This document shows positions 61,086-64,000 of a stretch of DNA of 64,000 nt, in pieces; positions within the stretch are counted from its first letter, which is position 1, and each line of letters begins with the position of its first letter. The DNA comes from an uncultured Acidimicrobiaceae bacterium. GTDB taxonomy: Bacteria > Actinomycetota > Acidimicrobiia > Acidimicrobiales > Bog-793. The DNA lies in assembly GCA_963703655.1 (NCBI GenBank), contig CAVPFA010000006.1:446379-510378 (forward strand), written 5' to 3'. The translations under genes were made by a program, and so were the position numbers. The notes under the pieces are model-generated. The model worked only from the letters and a program-made list of their open reading frames with translations, had not been told where the DNA came from and made no database searches.

Positions 61086-61412
61086 ATGGCGACCGTGTAC
61101 TACATCGAGTTCGTCGAACCGAAGCCAGGCGTGACCCAGGAGCAGTTTCAGCAGGTAGTCTCCGCCTCCAACGAGCGATGGGCCCGCGACCATCCCGATG
61201 ACGAGCTCGTGCTCCTCATCGGCCGCACGTGGCGACTCGGGCCGAAGCCACCCTATCTGGCAATCTGGCGCATCAAGGACGCGAGCACGCTGACGCGCTG
61301 GTCGACCGAGTTTCAGGACACCGAGACAATGGCGGACCACCTCCAGTTCCGCGACGTGGCCACCATTGTCGACGCCGGGCTCTACGAGGACATCGGGACC
61401 GAGGTGTGGTGA
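61086..61412 (+). CDS. Small hypothetical protein (possible dimeric alpha/beta barrel)
   Basis: AAGGAGG RBS; protein-like composition. Confidence 0.7.
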   Translation: MATVYYIEFVEPKPGVTQEQFQQVVSASNERWARDHPDDELVLLIGRTWRLGPKPPYLAIWRIKDASTLTRWSTEFQDTETMADHLQFRDVATIVDAGLYEDIGTEVW

Positions 61413-61451
61413 ACGCCCGTAGACCCGATATTGCTCGACGAGTCGTGACGA

Positions 61452-62324
61452 TCAGGCGGGCGAGTCGGTCGGGATCAGCGTTCTCAGCAGCTTGAAGCTT
61501 GCAGCGATTCGATCGCGCTGATCTGCGATGTCGGCGCGATTGTCCAAGCCTTCGACGGACAGCAGGTACCGGCCCAGGCGGTCCGAGGACGCCAGCACTC
61601 CGACGAGGGCCCCGATGTCGGCAACACCTTCACCTGGATAGCACCATTTCACGGCGAACCCACGTCGATGGAAGCCGTCCTCGACGTACTCGGACTCGAG
61701 GCGGAAGTCTTTGACATGTCCCGCCGGTGCCAAAGGGAAGAGCTGTTTCACCACGGGAAGCGGGTCCATCAGCACGCTCACCGGGTTGATGAGGTCGAGA
61801 AACACCCCGACGCGATCCGGACCGACCTGGGTGATGATGTCCATGTACTCGTCGGGAGTGAAGTCCGAGTGGTTCTCGAGGAGCATCGAGATGCCGGTGT
61901 CGTTGCGGTCGGCAGCGTGATTCAGGGCTTCAATGACATACCGGTGCTCGGCGGCAATGCGCTCCGGCTCGCGCCATAGATCCGCCCGGTAGAAGCCAGA
62001 CGACATCCGGACATACGGGCTTCCGACGAGCTCTGCGAGACGTAGCCACTCGGCGACGCGCCCGGATCCACCCACGACCGTGTCACCGCTGCCAGCCACA
62101 CCGATGACGCCTCCTGCCATGGTCAGGTCAAGGTCGAGCGCGTCGGCCGACCCGCGCAACAGCTCCACCTGGTTCGAGGAATGGCCCCGCAAGTGGTGGG
62201 CATGCAACTGCACGAACGACGCGCCGACCTCCGCTGACTCTCGAAGGACGTCCTCGAGGGAGATGTCACCCGCCTCAATCCGGCAGTGATAGCACAGTGT
62301 GTCAACGCCCAGTGCAACGAACAT
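61452..62324 (-). CDS. Sugar phosphate isomerase/epimerase (xylose-isomerase-like TIM barrel)
   Basis: LENHSD, FLDLIN, HVKD, PGEG, SVE. Confidence 0.8.
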   Translation of the reverse strand: MFVALGVDTLCYHCRIEAGDISLEDVLRESAEVGASFVQLHAHHLRGHSSNQVELLRGSADALDLDLTMAGGVIGVAGSGDTVVGGSGRVAEWLRLAELVGSPYVRMSSGFYRADLWREPERIAAEHRYVIEALNHAADRNDTGISMLLENHSDFTPDEYMDIITQVGPDRVGVFLDLINPVSVLMDPLPVVKQLFPLAPAGHVKDFRLESEYVEDGFHRRGFAVKWCYPGEGVADIGALVGVLASSDRLGRYLLSVEGLDNRADIADQRDRIAASFKLLRTLIPTDSPA

Positions 62325-62356
62325 TCGTCATCCTCCAGCGGCGGCCCATGGCTACT

Positions 62357-63328
62357 TCAGCTTTGCAGGGTCACCTCGTCGATCCGACGCAGGACGTCGT
62401 CATCGAGGCGCTCGAGAACCTCTAACGAGCCGAGGTTCTCGTGCACCTGCTCGACGCTGCTCGCACCAGTGATGACCGTCGACACGTTAGGGTTGGCGGC
62501 GCACCAGGCTATGGCGAGCTGTGCGAGGCGGCAGCCGAGCTGTTCCGCGATCGGCGTCAGTGCCTGGACCATCTCTCGGCTGTGCTCGTTCTGGAACGCC
62601 GGACGGAGCCATTCCATGCCGGGGAGAGCGCCGCGTGACCCTTCTGGAATGCCGTCCAGGTACTTGCCCGTGAGCATGCCGGAGGCGAGCGGACTCCACG
62701 TCGTGAGGCCGATCCCGTAGTCCGCAATGACGCGTGCGTACTCGTGTTCCACGCGGTTGCGCTCGAGAAGGTTGTATTGCGGCTGCTCCATGACCGGCTT
62801 GTGCAGGTTGTGCCGCTCCGCGATCTCTATAGCGGCGACGATCTCGTTCGCTGCCCACTCAGAGGTACCCCAATAGAGCGCCTTGCCGGAGCTGACAATG
62901 TCGGACATCGCCCGAACGGTTTCATCGATCGGCGTCTCCGGGTCGGCCCGGTGGCAGAAGATGAGATCGAGGAAATCGAGGCCGAATCGCTCGAGCGAGC
63001 CCTCTACGGCCTGCATCAGATACTTGCGATTCAATGTGTTGCGCATGTTCACGGAGTCGTGGATGCCCCAGAAGAACTTGGTCGACACGACGTACTCGTA
63101 GCGGTGCCAGCCGAGAGTCTTGAGCGCGCGGCCCATGACTGCCTCCGACTCGCCCCCCGCGTAGGACTCTGCGTTGTCGAAGAAGTTGACTCCTCTCTCG
63201 CGCGCAGCCTCGAGACAGCGCACCGCGAGATCGTCATTCAGCTGGGAGCCGAATGTGACCCACGAGCCGAACGACAAGAGACTCACCTTCAGGCCGGACC
63301 GGCCGAGACGGCGGTAGATCATGGTCAT
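62357..63328 (-). CDS. Aldo/keto reductase (Kv-beta-like)
   Basis: [40 protein letters not shown]. Confidence 0.92.
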   Translation of the reverse strand: MTMIYRRLGRSGLKVSLLSFGSWVTFGSQLNDDLAVRCLEAARERGVNFFDNAESYAGGESEAVMGRALKTLGWHRYEYVVSTKFFWGIHDSVNMRNTLNRKYLMQAVEGSLERFGLDFLDLIFCHRADPETPIDETVRAMSDIVSSGKALYWGTSEWAANEIVAAIEIAERHNLHKPVMEQPQYNLLERNRVEHEYARVIADYGIGLTTWSPLASGMLTGKYLDGIPEGSRGALPGMEWLRPAFQNEHSREMVQALTPIAEQLGCRLAQLAIAWCAANPNVSTVITGASSVEQVHENLGSLEVLERLDDDVLRRIDEVTLQS

Positions 63329-63999
63329 GCCCCTCTCCTTGTGTCGAAGGCCAAGCTACAGAGCTCGTCAAACATTGCCATCGGCATCGTCCCCGGCTGG
63401 TCGCCATGTGCCACGAGGTCTCGGCCGACTGTTTGCAGAGCGCTGTTGACGGGTGTCGGGATTCCATGCTGACGGCCGAGCAGGGCAATTTCCCCATTCA
63501 AGAAGTCAATTTCGGTCCTGCCTTGGCCGCGGGCCACTGTCTGCCAGGTTGAGCCGCCCGCAATGGGCCGACCTAGCACGTTTGTCAGGCTGAAGACTCC
63601 CTCTCGCCGCTCCGCCTCCTCGGTCTCAGAGGCAAAACTGAGCCCAGCCGCAGCAAGACAGCGCTCCCCTTCCTCGCGCGCGAATCGGTAGAGCTCGCCC
63701 TCGCATATGTCGGTGCCCCAGGCTGCCTCGATGCTGTTGGCCAGGTTCGACAGCAGTTTTGCGCGCTTCCACCTCATGATGTCGCCGATGGACCGGCAAC
63801 TGAAGCCGGCATCAGAGAGGTCGACCGCGATGGCCGCCGAAATGCCGTCTGTACCGGCGGGGTACCTCCCGACGTCGAGAATGCCCGGACAAGGGCTCCC
63901 GTAGGTCTCGACCACGCCCTCTTCGAGGTGGAGCGCCGGTACAACCACGTACATCCCGAAGACGCGTTCGAAGAGGCGCGCGCAGAGCCGTTCGTTCTC
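63325..63999 (-). CDS. panE: Ketopantoate reductase (PanE/ApbA family), 5'-truncated by the window edge
   Basis: [35 protein letters not shown]. Confidence 0.75.
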   Translation of the reverse strand, partial: ENERLCARLFERVFGMYVVVPALHLEEGVVETYGSPCPGILDVGRYPAGTDGISAAIAVDLSDAGFSCRSIGDIMRWKRAKLLSNLANSIEAAWGTDICEGELYRFAREEGERCLAAAGLSFASETEEAERREGVFSLTNVLGRPIAGGSTWQTVARGQGRTEIDFLNGEIALLGRQHGIPTPVNSALQTVGRDLVAHGDQPGTMPMAMFDELCSLAFDTRRGA

Positions 64000-64000
64000 G

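Overview
A GC-rich actinobacterial window, probably Acidimicrobiia-like judging from gene content (inference). Many single-base frameshifts look like long-read assembly errors. From left to right: a UvrD2-like helicase, an 11-residue-repeat protein, Rrf2, and a SigM-like ECF/anti-sigma pair with a divergent DUF4349 gene (1-6 kb); an APC permease, SGNH hydrolase, PAP2, neocarzinostatin-like protein and DUF4139/4140 protein (6-12 kb); a GntR-associated amidohydrolase / solute-binding protein / aspartase / asparaginase module (12-18.6 kb); vapBC and three tRNAs (Arg-UCU, His-GUG, Lys-CUU). An accessory stretch follows, with a TPR-GGDEF protein, a WxL-like + DUF916-like + GGDEF/EAL operon and gene remnants (20.4-32 kb). 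Next is a ~25 kb surface-glycan locus: two divergent GH16s, GT4/GT2 and GT-C-like proteins, a flippase-GT2 fusion, wbpB/D/E-like genes plus a 2-epimerase, and an FkbM coiled-coil protein. This locus is interrupted by a stand-alone tnpB whose promoter carries a LexA-type box. An IclR/SDR catabolic cluster closes the window. No CRISPR array, rRNA, integrase or tnpA was seen. The most notable candidates are the putatively SOS-controlled orphan TnpB, the c-di-GMP-coupled WxL-like operon, an anti-sigma factor with a SecD P1-head-like domain, a four-way-junction RNA candidate at 8.0-8.15 kb, and a heptad-expanded methyltransferase that may act as a ruler. All family calls come from motif recognition by eye; no database search was run.
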